From Verrucomicrobiales bacterium (GTDB lineage: Bacteria > Verrucomicrobiota > Verrucomicrobiia > Verrucomicrobiales > V1-33), in contig JAGNEJ010000002.1 of assembly GCA_018003315.1 (NCBI GenBank), forward strand, positions 27,267-91,266: a stretch of DNA of 64,000 nucleotides, given 5' to 3'. Each line of letters begins with the position of its first letter. Positions within the stretch are counted from its first letter, which is position 1. Position numbers and translations under genes: made by a program. A model generated the notes under the pieces. The model saw nothing but the letters and a program-made list of their open reading frames with translations. It did no database searches and was not told the origin of the DNA. Shown here piece after piece: positions 7,903 through 17,274 of this stretch.

Positions 7903-9816
7903 ATGGACTTTTCGATGCTGCCGGAAATCAAAAGCCCGGCTGATGTCAAGGCACTGCCCGCCAGACTGCTTCCGCTGCTGGCGGAAAAAATCCGCCATGA
8001 CCTCATTCAAAGCCTTTCGCGCACCGGAGGGCATCTCGGACCGAATCTGGGCGTGGTCGAACTGACCATCGCCCTGCATCGGGTCTTCGACTCACCAAAG
8101 GACAAATTTGTCTTCGACGTGAGCCACCAGGGCTACGTCCACAAGATGCTCACCGGTCGCTGGGACCGGCTGCACACCATCCGGACCTACCAGGGTTTGA
8201 ACGGATTCCTGCTACGCACGGAGAGCGAGCACGACTGCTACGGCGCCGGCCATGCCGGCACCGCCATGTCCGCCGCACTGGGCATGGCCGTCGCCCGCGA
8301 CGTGGCCGGCGGCGACGAACACGTGGTCTGTGTGGCCGGAGATGCCGCTTTCACCTGCGGTCCCACCTTTGAGGCGCTGAACAACCTGGCCTCGACCCGG
8401 CGGTTCATCGCGGTGCTCAACGACAACGAATGGTCCATCGACAAAAACGTCGGTGCCATTGCGCGCTATCTGAACCGGATCGCCACCAGCAGCACCTTTC
8501 AGCACCTGCATGGAAAGGCGGCCGGCTTTGTTGAAAAAATCATCGGCAAAGGAGCGCGGCAGCTCGCCCATAAAATTGAGGAAAGCGCCAAACACCTGCT
8601 GCTGCCAAGCGTCATCTTCGAGGAATTCGGCCTGCGCTATTACGGCCCCATCGACGGACATGACGTTGCAACCCTGGTGAAAACGTTTGAGTTTCTGCGA
8701 ACGCAGCAGGAACCGGTGCTGCTCCACATCATCACCGAAAAAGGCCGGGGCTACCAGCCGGCGCTGGCAAATCAGGAAAAATTTCACGGCCTGGGACCTT
8801 ACAAAACCGAGACGGGAGAAACCGAGACGGCATCCCCGCCGACGTATTCCCAGATTTTTGCAGAGCATCTCGTAAAATTCGCCAAGGCGGATCCAGGCAT
8901 CTGCGCCATCACGGCGGCCATGCCCAGCGGCACCGGACTCGGCCTTTTCAAACAGCAGGTCCCGGAGCGCTATTTCGATGTCGGCATTGCCGAGGAACAC
9001 GCCGCGTTGTTTGCCTGCGGACTGGCCACCCGCGGCCTCAAGCCCTTCCTGGCCATCTATTCCACCTTCATGCAGCGGGCTTACGACATGATCATTCATG
9101 ACATCGCGCTGCAAAATCTTCCAGTGCGCCTGTGCATGGACCGCGGCGGCCTGAGCGGCGACGACGGACCAACCCACCACGGGCTCTTTGACATTGGCTA
9201 CCTGCGCCATGTCCCCAATCTTGTGTTCATGTCGCCCAAGGATGAGGATGAATTTGTGGACATGCTCTGGACCATGGCCTGCCATGATGCAGGCCCCAGC
9301 GCCGTGCGCTACCCCCGTGGAGCCGGTGTCAGCGCCACTCCCAAGGCCTCACCCCGCCTGCTGAAAATCGGCGAAGCGGAAGTGGTCCAGGACGGCTCGG
9401 ATGTGACCCTCATCGGCTTGGGCAACCTGTTTGAACTGGCGGACGAAACGCGCCGCCAACTCGAGGCGCTCGGATATTCGGTGGCCCTCATCAACCCGCG
9501 GTGGATCAAGCCGCTGGACGCGGCTACCATCCTGAAACATGCGGCAAAATCCCGCGTCCTCTGCACGTTCGAGGACCATGTCCTGCTCAATGGATTTGGA
9601 AGCGCCGTCATCGAACTGCTGCACCAGAACCGGATCTGCACCCCCGTCGAACGCATCGGATGGCCGGATGAGTTCGTGGAACATGGCAAACCCAACCTGC
9701 TCCGGGAAAAGCACGGCGTGACCGCAGCCGCCGCCGTCGGCAAGGTTTTGCGATGGCTGGAGACGCCGCAGTCCGCGAATGCCGGGGCACCGGGACTTGC
9801 CACGGTCGCGCCCTGA
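7903..9816 (+). CDS. dxs: 1-deoxy-D-xylulose-5-phosphate synthase
   Basis: ORF 7798..9816. ATG 7903 lies 5 nt after the xseB stop and aligns with the E. coli Dxs N-terminus (MDFSMLPEIKSPADVKALPARLLPLLAEKIRHDLIQSLSRTGGHLGPNLGVVELTIALH). TPP motif GDAAFTCGPTFEALNN..LNDNEWSID. Similar to Dxs along the full length. ATG 7879 is an alternative start. Confidence 0.95.
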   Translation: MDFSMLPEIKSPADVKALPARLLPLLAEKIRHDLIQSLSRTGGHLGPNLGVVELTIALHRVFDSPKDKFVFDVSHQGYVHKMLTGRWDRLHTIRTYQGLNGFLLRTESEHDCYGAGHAGTAMSAALGMAVARDVAGGDEHVVCVAGDAAFTCGPTFEALNNLASTRRFIAVLNDNEWSIDKNVGAIARYLNRIATSSTFQHLHGKAAGFVEKIIGKGARQLAHKIEESAKHLLLPSVIFEEFGLRYYGPIDGHDVATLVKTFEFLRTQQEPVLLHIITEKGRGYQPALANQEKFHGLGPYKTETGETETASPPTYSQIFAEHLVKFAKADPGICAITAAMPSGTGLGLFKQQVPERYFDVGIAEEHAALFACGLATRGLKPFLAIYSTFMQRAYDMIIHDIALQNLPVRLCMDRGGLSGDDGPTHHGLFDIGYLRHVPNLVFMSPKDEDEFVDMLWTMACHDAGPSAVRYPRGAGVSATPKASPRLLKIGEAEVVQDGSDVTLIGLGNLFELADETRRQLEALGYSVALINPRWIKPLDAATILKHAAKSRVLCTFEDHVLLNGFGSAVIELLHQNRICTPVERIGWPDEFVEHGKPNLLREKHGVTAAAAVGKVLRWLETPQSANAGAPGLATVAP

Positions 9817-9836
9817 ATGGTTCCGGGCCGACGCCG

Positions 9837-10787
9837 TCAGACATCTGCACCCGACAAACACCCCGCCGCCGACTGGCCGGACCGCACGATGCAGTTTGTC
9901 AGGACAGCGCCGGCTTCAACTCTGGCGTTCGGCCAGACCAGCGAATTCCGGATCACCGCCCCGGCACCCACTTCCGCCCCGGCGCCAATGCAGCTCAGAC
10001 CGTCCAATTGCGCCGATGATGCCACGCGCGCCGACGAATGGACAGGGTCGTTCCAGCCGGAATCGCCTGCCAGGTGTGCCATGGGAATGCCGCAGACCTG
10101 CCCGTGTGCCGCGAGATAGCTCGTTCGGTCGCCAAGATCCCACCAGTCGCCTTCATCAATGACAATGCCCCCGATCTTCTCGCCGGCCACGATGGCACGG
10201 AGGAAGCCTTCCACGACGCTTTCAATTTTCCCCGGCACCAGCCGGCGGAAAAAGGCTGGACTGACAAAATAGATTCCGGTGAACTGCACCTGGTTCGGAA
10301 AACAGGTCCCCAGGGCGTTGCGCAGATCGAGGACGCGTCCGGCATCCGGATCGAACGCCACGTTTTTGACCTGTCCCCTGGATCTCAGGATGAGCGTCGC
10401 CAGGTTCTGTTCCTCGAGGTGGCGACGCCAGGCGGGAGCGAGCGGCAAATCTGTCAGAATGTCCCCATTGTAAACGGCGAAGGGAGCATCCTCCCCGAGC
10501 AGGTCCGCCACATTGGCGAGCCCTCCGCCGGTTTCCAGCAGCACGGGTTCGTGGCGGAAGGCAACGGGACACTCCCCAAATGCCATCGCAGGAAATGCCT
10601 CCGCATATTTCCCGGGGAGGTGGTGCGTGTTGACCACAAATCGGCGCACCCCGATTCCCCTGAGGTGGGCGAAGGCAAAGGCAATCAACGGGCGCTGCCA
10701 GACGGGAATGAGCGGTTTGGGCAGCGTCAGGGTGAGCGGACGCAGCCGGTTTCCCATTCCGGCACCAAGCACGAAAGCACGATCCAT
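9837..10787 (-). CDS. sugar-phosphate nucleotidyltransferase (NTP_transferase fold plus C-terminal left-handed beta-helix)
   Basis: MDRAFVLGAGMGNRLRPLTLTLPKPLIPV is the signature G-x-G-x-R-L loop. The C-terminus has hexapeptide-like repeats (IGAGAEVGAGAVIRNSLVWPNARVEAGAVLTNCIV). Sugar specificity cannot be decided from sequence. Confidence 0.8.
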   Translation of the reverse strand: MDRAFVLGAGMGNRLRPLTLTLPKPLIPVWQRPLIAFAFAHLRGIGVRRFVVNTHHLPGKYAEAFPAMAFGECPVAFRHEPVLLETGGGLANVADLLGEDAPFAVYNGDILTDLPLAPAWRRHLEEQNLATLILRSRGQVKNVAFDPDAGRVLDLRNALGTCFPNQVQFTGIYFVSPAFFRRLVPGKIESVVEGFLRAIVAGEKIGGIVIDEGDWWDLGDRTSYLAAHGQVCGIPMAHLAGDSGWNDPVHSSARVASSAQLDGLSCIGAGAEVGAGAVIRNSLVWPNARVEAGAVLTNCIVRSGQSAAGCLSGADV

Positions 10788-10814
10788 GAACCAGGAGAAC
10801 AGGAAACTGCGCGA

Positions 10815-11315
10815 TCAGAACGGGATCTCATCATCGTCGAGATTCGGGGGGAAATCCCCGCCGTCACCGCCTGGCTGGGATGCACCGGAACGGTCGCCAC
10901 CGCCAGCGCCGCCGGGGTGGCCCTGGCTGCGGCCGTCCTCACCTCCACCGCCGGACTCGGCACCTGCCCCGCTGCGGGTGGACCCGTCGCCCAGGAATTG
11001 AAAGTTGTCCCCAACCACCCGCAGTTTGGAGCGTTTCTGACCGCTGGTCTTGTCATCCCAAGTATCCAATTGAAGCCGTCCTTCGATGAAAATCGGACGC
11101 CCTTTTTTCATCCACTTGCCGATCGTATCCGCCTGCGCTCCCCAAAAGGTCACATCCACAAAACACACTTCCTCACGCACCTCTCCGCTGTCCAGCCGGT
11201 AGCGCCGGTTCACGGCCAGGCCCAGTTCACAGACCTGTGTCCCCTTCGGAGTAAAGCGGACTTCCGGATCGCGGGTCAGATTGCCAATGAGAAGAACTTT
11301 GTTGAGTGATGCCAT
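10815..11315 (-). CDS. ssb: single-stranded DNA-binding protein
   Basis: ORF 10815..11639. ATG 11315 gives MASLNKVLLIGNLTRDPEVRFTPKGTQVCELGLAVNRRY (OB fold), a Gly-rich linker and the acidic tip DDDEIPF. Confidence 0.95.
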   Translation of the reverse strand: MASLNKVLLIGNLTRDPEVRFTPKGTQVCELGLAVNRRYRLDSGEVREEVCFVDVTFWGAQADTIGKWMKKGRPIFIEGRLQLDTWDDKTSGQKRSKLRVVGDNFQFLGDGSTRSGAGAESGGGGEDGRSQGHPGGAGGGDRSGASQPGGDGGDFPPNLDDDEIPF

Positions 11316-11503
11316 GTGCGAGGAATTACCGGAGAGTTGCCCCGGAGGGAAGTGGAATTTTTCCCTGTCTGTGCCGGAAACTCCGATGGGGAATCGCGTC
11401 GAAATTTTCGGTGAAGCCACCTCTGCGTGGCTTTTGGAAAAACCACCTCCCCAATTCCGAAAGCGACCAAACCACCACCGATGGGCGGCGTTGGCGGTAA
11501 CAC

Positions 11504-12286
11504 TCAATGCCGACGGCGGCGTGCGGCGAGCAGGACAACGGACAGTCCAGGGAGCAGACTGGCCGTTCCCGGTTCGGGAATCGCCGCTCCCGCCAAGCCC
11601 AGCGCGCTCACTTCCCCCGCACTCAGGGCACCGTCCCACAGGGCGATGGCACCCACGTTCATCGGAGCATTGTCGCCGTCGTCGTCGCTAAAAAAGTGCA
11701 TCTGCGATCTGAGGGCGTAGCGGTCATCAATGAGGGGATCATCATTGGTGTGCGTGTAGAACAGGGCACCATTCACATAGGCACGCACCGTCGCAGGTCC
11801 ATCAAACGTGACCACCAGCCGCGTCCAGGCTGTTTCATCAATGGGAGCGCCACTATAGGTCAACTGGGCCGTGCCGATCCAATCATTGTTGGGCCGGATG
11901 AAGTATTCGCCATCGTCGTTGTTGGCTGGTTCAGTCTGAAAGATGGTGCGCCAATTGCTGCGCGAGCCGGCAGGACTGTGGATGTCCACAAGAATCGACC
12001 ATTGATTGACCATGAGTCCCCCGCCGTTTGCCGCGATGCCGTGGGTGACGGACATCATGTTCGACGACACATTCGCCGGAGTGGTGACGACCCCGGAGAG
12101 CGAATTGCTGGCGTCATCGGCCAGGGTCGCGCTCCAGACCGGGGCGGTGCCGGAAAAAGTCAGGTTATTCCCGACCGATGCCTGTCCGAGGTTGCCGGAA
12201 TTCTGGAACTCCCAGAGTCCGGCAAGTGAGGCAGCGCCGACCGGTGCAGCGGCGAGCAGTGACAAGAGGAGCAAGGCAGACTTCAT
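11504..12286 (-). CDS. secreted LamG/concanavalin-like domain protein with PEP-CTERM sorting signal
   Basis: ORF 11504..12736. ATG 12286 gives the signal peptide MKSALLLLSLLAAAPVGAAS. The body is LamG-like (WTRLVVTFDGPATVRAYVNGALFY). The C-terminus IPEPGTASLLPGLSVVLLAARRRRH is PEP motif, TM helix and Arg cluster. Confidence 0.8.
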   Translation of the reverse strand: MKSALLLLSLLAAAPVGAASLAGLWEFQNSGNLGQASVGNNLTFSGTAPVWSATLADDASNSLSGVVTTPANVSSNMMSVTHGIAANGGGLMVNQWSILVDIHSPAGSRSNWRTIFQTEPANNDDGEYFIRPNNDWIGTAQLTYSGAPIDETAWTRLVVTFDGPATVRAYVNGALFYTHTNDDPLIDDRYALRSQMHFFSDDDGDNAPMNVGAIALWDGALSAGEVSALGLAGAAIPEPGTASLLPGLSVVLLAARRRRH

Positions 12287-12482
12287 GGCGGGTGATTTGA
12301 CTGGATGGATGGTTGTGGTTGGGAAAAAATATCTGCGGGACGCGAGGCAGGAGCCTGACAAATCCGGCCCTGCGGCGAGGTTGGCGATTTTTGTCAGGTT
12401 TGTCCAGATAAAAAGATCAAATTCAAACAAAAAAGGACAAACGGGCGCAGGCCACCTGCCAACAGGCCGCTGGGATGCCGGA

Positions 12483-14327
12483 TCAAGGCCGCCACTGGCA
12501 GATGCGCACGTAAAATTCCGGCTCGATTCCACCCTGTTCCCAGACGGTTTCGAAGTGTCCGGATGCTTCGATGCATTGCATGACCTGCGGAAGATTTGCC
12601 CGGTGCAGGGCAGGATAGGCATAACAGACGAAAAAGCGTCTGCCGGCCGCGGCGGCTGCCTTGGCCGTGTTTTCCAATGCTGCCGGATCATCCTTCTTGA
12701 GGACGGCGGCAGCGGGCAGATACGCCTGGAAGGCATCGCCTCCGTGGCCGATGCCCGTCACTTGAAACGAATGATCCGCTCCTGCCTGAATCCAGGCGGA
12801 GGCCTCCTTCCACGGAGCATAGCTGCGGCTGGTCAGCAGGTGCCATTGCGGAGCTGCCAGCAGCAGATAGCCAATGCCGAGCGTGGCGGGTCCAATCCAC
12901 CGACGGGAAGGAGAAAGGGATGCCCCGCACGCCGCCAGGATGACCAGCGGCCCGGCCAGTCCGATGAGGAACCGGTGGTAAAAATAAAATTGGGTTGCGG
13001 CGACGAGCGCCAGCCCGAGTCCAGCGGCGAGGAACAGAGCAGAAAAGATCAACGAGGCGGAAGGAACCGACCGGCGCAGGAGGATCCATCCCCTGACCGC
13101 CAGCAGCAGAAACAGGGTCACGGCACCCCAGCCCAGCCACGGTCCGACGCCGTGAAGGCTTTCCAGCGTGGGGATGCCGGAGGACTCGGGGACCTGTGGC
13201 AGGGAGCGTTCGACGCCCAGCGTTGCCTGCCCGGCGGTTTCCAGGAAGTATTGCCAAGTCAGGATGTTGCGATCCTGGTTGCGGTCCGCCCAGTGTGCGA
13301 CCTGGACCAGGCAGGGCAGCAGCAGAATGGCCAGCAGCGCCGCTCCCCAGGCGTTGACCGCTCCCAGGCGCAGGAGCCGAACCCATTGTTCGCGGCGCTC
13401 CCGCGTGGTTCTCCAAAGCAGCAGAGCACCCGCACTGGTAAGGGCAGCACAGACGTAGAGGCTCAGGACATGGCTCCACATGAGCAGAAACTGGTTCATT
13501 CCAAACAGCCACCACCAGCGCAGCCGGTCCGGCTGCCGCAGGAGTTTTCCCAGCAGCCAGCAACCCAGCGGCACGAGCAGGAGCAGAAGGGCATAAGCGC
13601 GGGCATCGACACTGTAACGGATCGCCCACGGATGCACGGCCAGCAGCAGAGCCGCGCCCAGTCCGGCGATGCTTTGGTTCCAGGAGCGCAGCAGGATGGC
13701 CACCATCGCAACGGCTGCCAGCCCCGCGAGCAGACAGGGGAGGCGCAGCACCAGTTCGTTGAAGGCCCCTGCCGGCGCTGCGGTGCAGCGACGCCAGATT
13801 TCATGGCACGCTTTGGCAGCGAGGGAAACCGGAGGATGGTTGGCGGGCTTGCTGTAATACCAGGCCGCCCGCTTGAAATCCGCGGGACGGAAACGCAGCG
13901 CCGCAGCGGCGTCCGCTTTCGGATCGGGGCGGAACTCGCCGACAATCGTATTGCGCACCGTCCACAGTTCGTCCCACCACATGCTGCGCTGGGCCAGCGG
14001 CAGGCGCAGCGCCGCACCGGCCAGCACCACCAGGAACAACACAGGCACAAATGCCCGCAACGGCAGGTCCGGACGCAGGGCCGCCGACTCTGGTGCGGTC
14101 GCGGAACGCCGACCCCACCACGGCAGGGTGAGCAGCAGGGCCGCGAACACGATTTCCGCGAAGATGACTCCGGAGTGCAGCCCGGCGAGGGCCTGCTTTT
14201 CCCACTCCGCCCGTCCCACTTTGCACAAAACGGGAAGCGTCGCCGCCGCGACCATGCAGAAACCAAGCAGCGCCGCACTGGTGCGGTGCGGGCGCCATCG
14301 GTGCAGATGGGATTGCCAGCGACTCAC
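12483..14327 (-). CDS. GT-C family (GT39/ArnT-like) membrane glycosyltransferase
   Basis: The GTG start overlaps the upstream stop (GTGA 14324-14327). It is a multi-pass membrane protein. The first-loop motif RSMWWDELWTVRN resembles the GT-C DE motif. ATG 14255 is an alternative start. Confidence 0.7.
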   Translation of the reverse strand: MSRWQSHLHRWRPHRTSAALLGFCMVAAATLPVLCKVGRAEWEKQALAGLHSGVIFAEIVFAALLLTLPWWGRRSATAPESAALRPDLPLRAFVPVLFLVVLAGAALRLPLAQRSMWWDELWTVRNTIVGEFRPDPKADAAAALRFRPADFKRAAWYYSKPANHPPVSLAAKACHEIWRRCTAAPAGAFNELVLRLPCLLAGLAAVAMVAILLRSWNQSIAGLGAALLLAVHPWAIRYSVDARAYALLLLLVPLGCWLLGKLLRQPDRLRWWWLFGMNQFLLMWSHVLSLYVCAALTSAGALLLWRTTRERREQWVRLLRLGAVNAWGAALLAILLLPCLVQVAHWADRNQDRNILTWQYFLETAGQATLGVERSLPQVPESSGIPTLESLHGVGPWLGWGAVTLFLLLAVRGWILLRRSVPSASLIFSALFLAAGLGLALVAATQFYFYHRFLIGLAGPLVILAACGASLSPSRRWIGPATLGIGYLLLAAPQWHLLTSRSYAPWKEASAWIQAGADHSFQVTGIGHGGDAFQAYLPAAAVLKKDDPAALENTAKAAAAAGRRFFVCYAYPALHRANLPQVMQCIEASGHFETVWEQGGIEPEFYVRICQWRP

Positions 14328-15142
14328 GACAGCCTGACCATGTCTTTGAGAAACTGCCCCCAGAGGAAAAAACAGCCCCGCCAGGAATAGCGGAACCGGC
14401 CCTCGCCGGACAGGCAGATGATGCCCGCGTCGAGGTTGTGATCCACCAGCCGCCGCAGTTCCCGTTCCATGAGCGCCTGCAGCTCCTCCAGCGGAGGGGC
14501 CACGGTGAGTTCGTCGAGCAGCGGCTCGTTCTCGCCCAGGAAATACAGGTGCTCCGTGAGCAGCTGCTCAAAGGAATCCGCCCGCGTGGCGCGGTGCAGG
14601 GTGAACTCCGGCGCCAGTTTCATGTTGTAGGAGAATGGATAGTTCCAGGTGATCCAGATTCTGCCATCGGAGGAGCGGGTGACCAGACTGACGAAGACCA
14701 GAGAAACAGCCCCCTGCACGTTGAGGTGGATGGCTGCCTGAACCTTGTCATCCGGATGCGCAAAGAAGCGGATGAACTGCCGCATGTTCTCCCAGTCCCA
14801 GCCCACGTCATCTCCCTGTTCGAAGCCCAGCCCGCGGATTTCCTCGGTCAGCTCGCGCAGCTCCGGCATTTCGTCCCCCGAGGGGGCGTGCCGTTTGCGG
14901 AAAGACTTGTCCAGCGGCAGCGTCATGCGGCGCAGGCGCAGGATGATTTCCAGCCAGGGCAGCAGGAACCACAACGCCACGCACAGGGCACCCGCCCACC
15001 AGGACCCAAAAAGGAAATACCCGGCGAGAAAGGAGGCCGTCAAAAAAACCAGCGCCCCCAGCCGGCGCAGCAGGGGATGCCCGAAGGTGCGCAGGCCGTA
15101 GGCAGCCAGCAAGACCCCGAGGATGATCGCCAGTTCCGACAT
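14324..15142 (-). CDS. hypothetical membrane protein (3 N-terminal TM helices plus soluble domain)
   Basis: MSELAIILGVLLAAYGLRTF..LVFLTASFLAGYFLFGSWWAGALCVALWFLLPWLEIIL. I recognise no family. It is coupled to the downstream GT-C gene. Confidence 0.65.
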   Translation of the reverse strand: MSELAIILGVLLAAYGLRTFGHPLLRRLGALVFLTASFLAGYFLFGSWWAGALCVALWFLLPWLEIILRLRRMTLPLDKSFRKRHAPSGDEMPELRELTEEIRGLGFEQGDDVGWDWENMRQFIRFFAHPDDKVQAAIHLNVQGAVSLVFVSLVTRSSDGRIWITWNYPFSYNMKLAPEFTLHRATRADSFEQLLTEHLYFLGENEPLLDELTVAPPLEELQALMERELRRLVDHNLDAGIICLSGEGRFRYSWRGCFFLWGQFLKDMVRLS

Positions 15143-15194
15143 TGGGGGAAATAAACAGCAGGGCCCGGAGCTTGTCGAAAGCGAATTGCAGCCG

Positions 15195-17054
15195 CTACCG
15201 GCGGCGCAGACGCTGCAACGCCCGCGGAACGGACCATTGCGCCGCCTCCAGAGCGCGGCGGATCGTGTCGGAATTCGCCCCCGTGAGTTCGTGCAGGATG
15301 CGGACGGCCCGGTCGCGCAGTTTCAGATTGGAAGGGTTGAGGTCAATCATCAGGTTGCCGGCCACCTTTCCCATCCGCGTCATCGCCAGCGTGGTGAACA
15401 TGTTCAGGATGAGCTTGGTCGCGGTGCCGCTCTTCAGCCGGGTGGAGCCGGTCAGAATTTCCGGCCCGAGGAACGGCGCGATGATTTCCCGCGGCACGCG
15501 CTTTGGCCCGGCTTTCCCGGCGTAGGATTTCACCGCGGGGTTGAAGCACACCAGCACCGTGAAGGCGCCCTGCCGCGCGGCCTGGCTCAGGCAGCCCCAG
15601 ACAAACGGCGTGCGTCCGCTGGCGGCGATGCCGACCACCACATCCCGGCGTCCCATCTGCCGGGCCTCCGCCGCAGCGGCTCCGGCGGCGGGGTCGTCCT
15701 CCGCCCCTTCCACTGCACTCCACAGCGCCGGACGGCCACCGGCAATGATGCCCTGCACCAGATCAGACGGCGCTCGGAACGTGGGCGGAATTTCCGATGC
15801 ATCGAGAACCCCCAGTCTCCCGCTGGTGCCCGCCCCGACGTAAAACAGCCTGCCGCCCGACTGGAAGGCGCGGACAATTTGCCGGATGACCCGCACGATG
15901 GCCGGGAGTTCCGTGCGGACGGCATCCGGAAGGCGGGCATCCTCATCGAGCATCAGTCGCCCCGCTTCCTCCAGCGGCATCGTGTCCAACGTGGATGACT
16001 TCGGGTTGCGCTGTTCCGTGGGGGACTGGGCCAGGGTGGAAAAATCCGAAATCCACCCCGGCACCAATGCCGTGGATCGGATCGCGGGAGCGGGCTGAAA
16101 GTTGTCCGCCTCAGCATGGTCAGGGGAATGCAGCGTGGCACGGGCGAGTTCCACCGCCCCCCACACGCTGGGTCGCCGCAGCGCGGCAGCGCTGGCTCCG
16201 GGCAGGCGCTGGCGGAGCAGGCGACAGACAGATTTCGCAAATCCGGGATTCTTCGTCAGCACGCCTCCGTTGAGCACGAAATGCACACGGTCGCGCGCCC
16301 CGGCAAGCCGCCGGGCACAGGCCGCCCCATCCTCCGCGAGCGAGGCTGCCGCCTCTGCCAGCACGGATCGAGCAACCGGGTCGCGCCGCTGCGCTGCCCG
16401 GAATACCGGCATCGCCACCGCGGCGATTTCCGTTTTTTCCGCCCGCATCGACCAGGGAATGAGGTCCTCCGGATCATTGAGCCCGAGGGATTCCAGAATC
16501 ATCCGTCCCAAATGCCCCCAGCGTCCGGTCCGGTCCAGCGCCGCCAGCACCGCCCGCACCGCACTGCGTCCGATGTCCGTAGCGCTGGCCCGATCCCCAA
16601 TGATGTGTCCGCGGCCTCCAATTTTCGCCGTGCGGCCTGCGGCATCGCGCCCGAAACAGCAGGAACCCGTGCCGCTGAGGACCAGGATTTTCACCGTGAC
16701 TCCAAGCGGTGCGGCTTCGGCGGCCAGGGCGGTTTCCAGATCGCTGGTGGCGTGAACGGGAACTCCTGGCCACACCTTTCCAGCCAGACTGCGGATCAAG
16801 GCACAGTGCACATCCGTGCGGGCCGCGGCCAGGCCGATCCCCACCACCGTGGGAGTGACCGCCAACCGCGCGGCAATGTTTCCGAAATGGGCCTGCAGTT
16901 CCGGTTCCGGCATGAGCACGCTGCTGGGCCCCAGTTGAAACTCCGCCACCTTGCGGCGTCCGCGCACCGCCAGAATGCTCGTCCGCGTGGCTCCGCCTTC
17001 AATGCCCACGATGAGCGGCCCCTCCATGGATTTCAATGGCAGATCCGGCATCAT
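15195..17054 (-). CDS. murQ: fusion protein: BadF/BadG/BcrA/BcrD-type sugar kinase (MurNAc/GlcNAc kinase-like) plus N-acetylmuramic acid 6-phosphate etherase
   Basis: The N-terminal half has LIVGIEGGATRTSILAV and LVLSGTGSCCFG (ASKHA sugar kinase). The C-terminal half has the SIS/MurQ motifs GGRLFYVGAGTSGRLGVLDASEIPPTF and VVVGIAASGRTPFVWG, plus the tail LKLRDRAVRILHELTG. Confidence 0.85.
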   Translation of the reverse strand: MMPDLPLKSMEGPLIVGIEGGATRTSILAVRGRRKVAEFQLGPSSVLMPEPELQAHFGNIAARLAVTPTVVGIGLAAARTDVHCALIRSLAGKVWPGVPVHATSDLETALAAEAAPLGVTVKILVLSGTGSCCFGRDAAGRTAKIGGRGHIIGDRASATDIGRSAVRAVLAALDRTGRWGHLGRMILESLGLNDPEDLIPWSMRAEKTEIAAVAMPVFRAAQRRDPVARSVLAEAAASLAEDGAACARRLAGARDRVHFVLNGGVLTKNPGFAKSVCRLLRQRLPGASAAALRRPSVWGAVELARATLHSPDHAEADNFQPAPAIRSTALVPGWISDFSTLAQSPTEQRNPKSSTLDTMPLEEAGRLMLDEDARLPDAVRTELPAIVRVIRQIVRAFQSGGRLFYVGAGTSGRLGVLDASEIPPTFRAPSDLVQGIIAGGRPALWSAVEGAEDDPAAGAAAAEARQMGRRDVVVGIAASGRTPFVWGCLSQAARQGAFTVLVCFNPAVKSYAGKAGPKRVPREIIAPFLGPEILTGSTRLKSGTATKLILNMFTTLAMTRMGKVAGNLMIDLNPSNLKLRDRAVRILHELTGANSDTIRRALEAAQWSVPRALQRLRRR

Positions 17055-17178
17055 GGTGTCGCGTTGGGCTGTGCCGGAAAGGCACCTGGAGTCGCTCCGC
17101 CGGGCAGGAAAATCATGTGCATTCCTTTGGCAGGGATTCGGGAAATTGTCAGGTCCTTTTCACGGATTTTCGATTCCG

Positions 17179-17274
17179 AAAAAAACGCAACGTGGTCCGC
17201 ACAGTCCCCTGTGCGGTGCCATGGCAAAAGTCAGGAGATGGCAATTCCGCACAGAGGACTGTGCGGACCACGTT
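17179..17274 (-). terminator. large intrinsic-terminator-like hairpin (28-bp arms) followed by T7 on the minus strand, within the leader of the kinase-murQ gene; possible attenuator
   Basis: Arm 17189-17216 is aacgtggtccgcacagtcccctgtgcgg and arm 17247-17274 is ccgcacagaggactgtgcggaccacgtt; they are complementary at 27 of 28 positions. Inner pairing is tgccat (17217-22) with atggca (17238-43). On the minus strand the hairpin is followed by gcg and then ttttttt (plus-strand a7 at 17179-17185). Each arm also folds on itself (ccgcacag-NNNN-ctgtgcgg). Confidence 0.5.

Noticed and set aside
12354-12398. 9-bp inverted repeat cctgacaaa / tttgtcagg with a 27-nt spacer downstream of the GT39-like gene
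   Set aside because: The large loop and the absence of a U-run make a terminator call weak. It could be chance in an AT-richer spacer, so it is not reported as a feature.
12006-14390. 794-aa plus-strand ORF
   Set aside because: It is antisense to the PEP-CTERM protein and the GT39-like gene. The product is Arg/Gln/Gly/Pro-rich low complexity without motifs.
17233-17240. AGGAG followed directly by ATG inside the hairpin loop; looked like an RBS plus start
   Set aside because: The SD-to-ATG spacing is zero. The resulting N-terminus (MAIPHRGLCGPRW) is encoded by the hairpin arm itself and lacks any signal peptide or domain.
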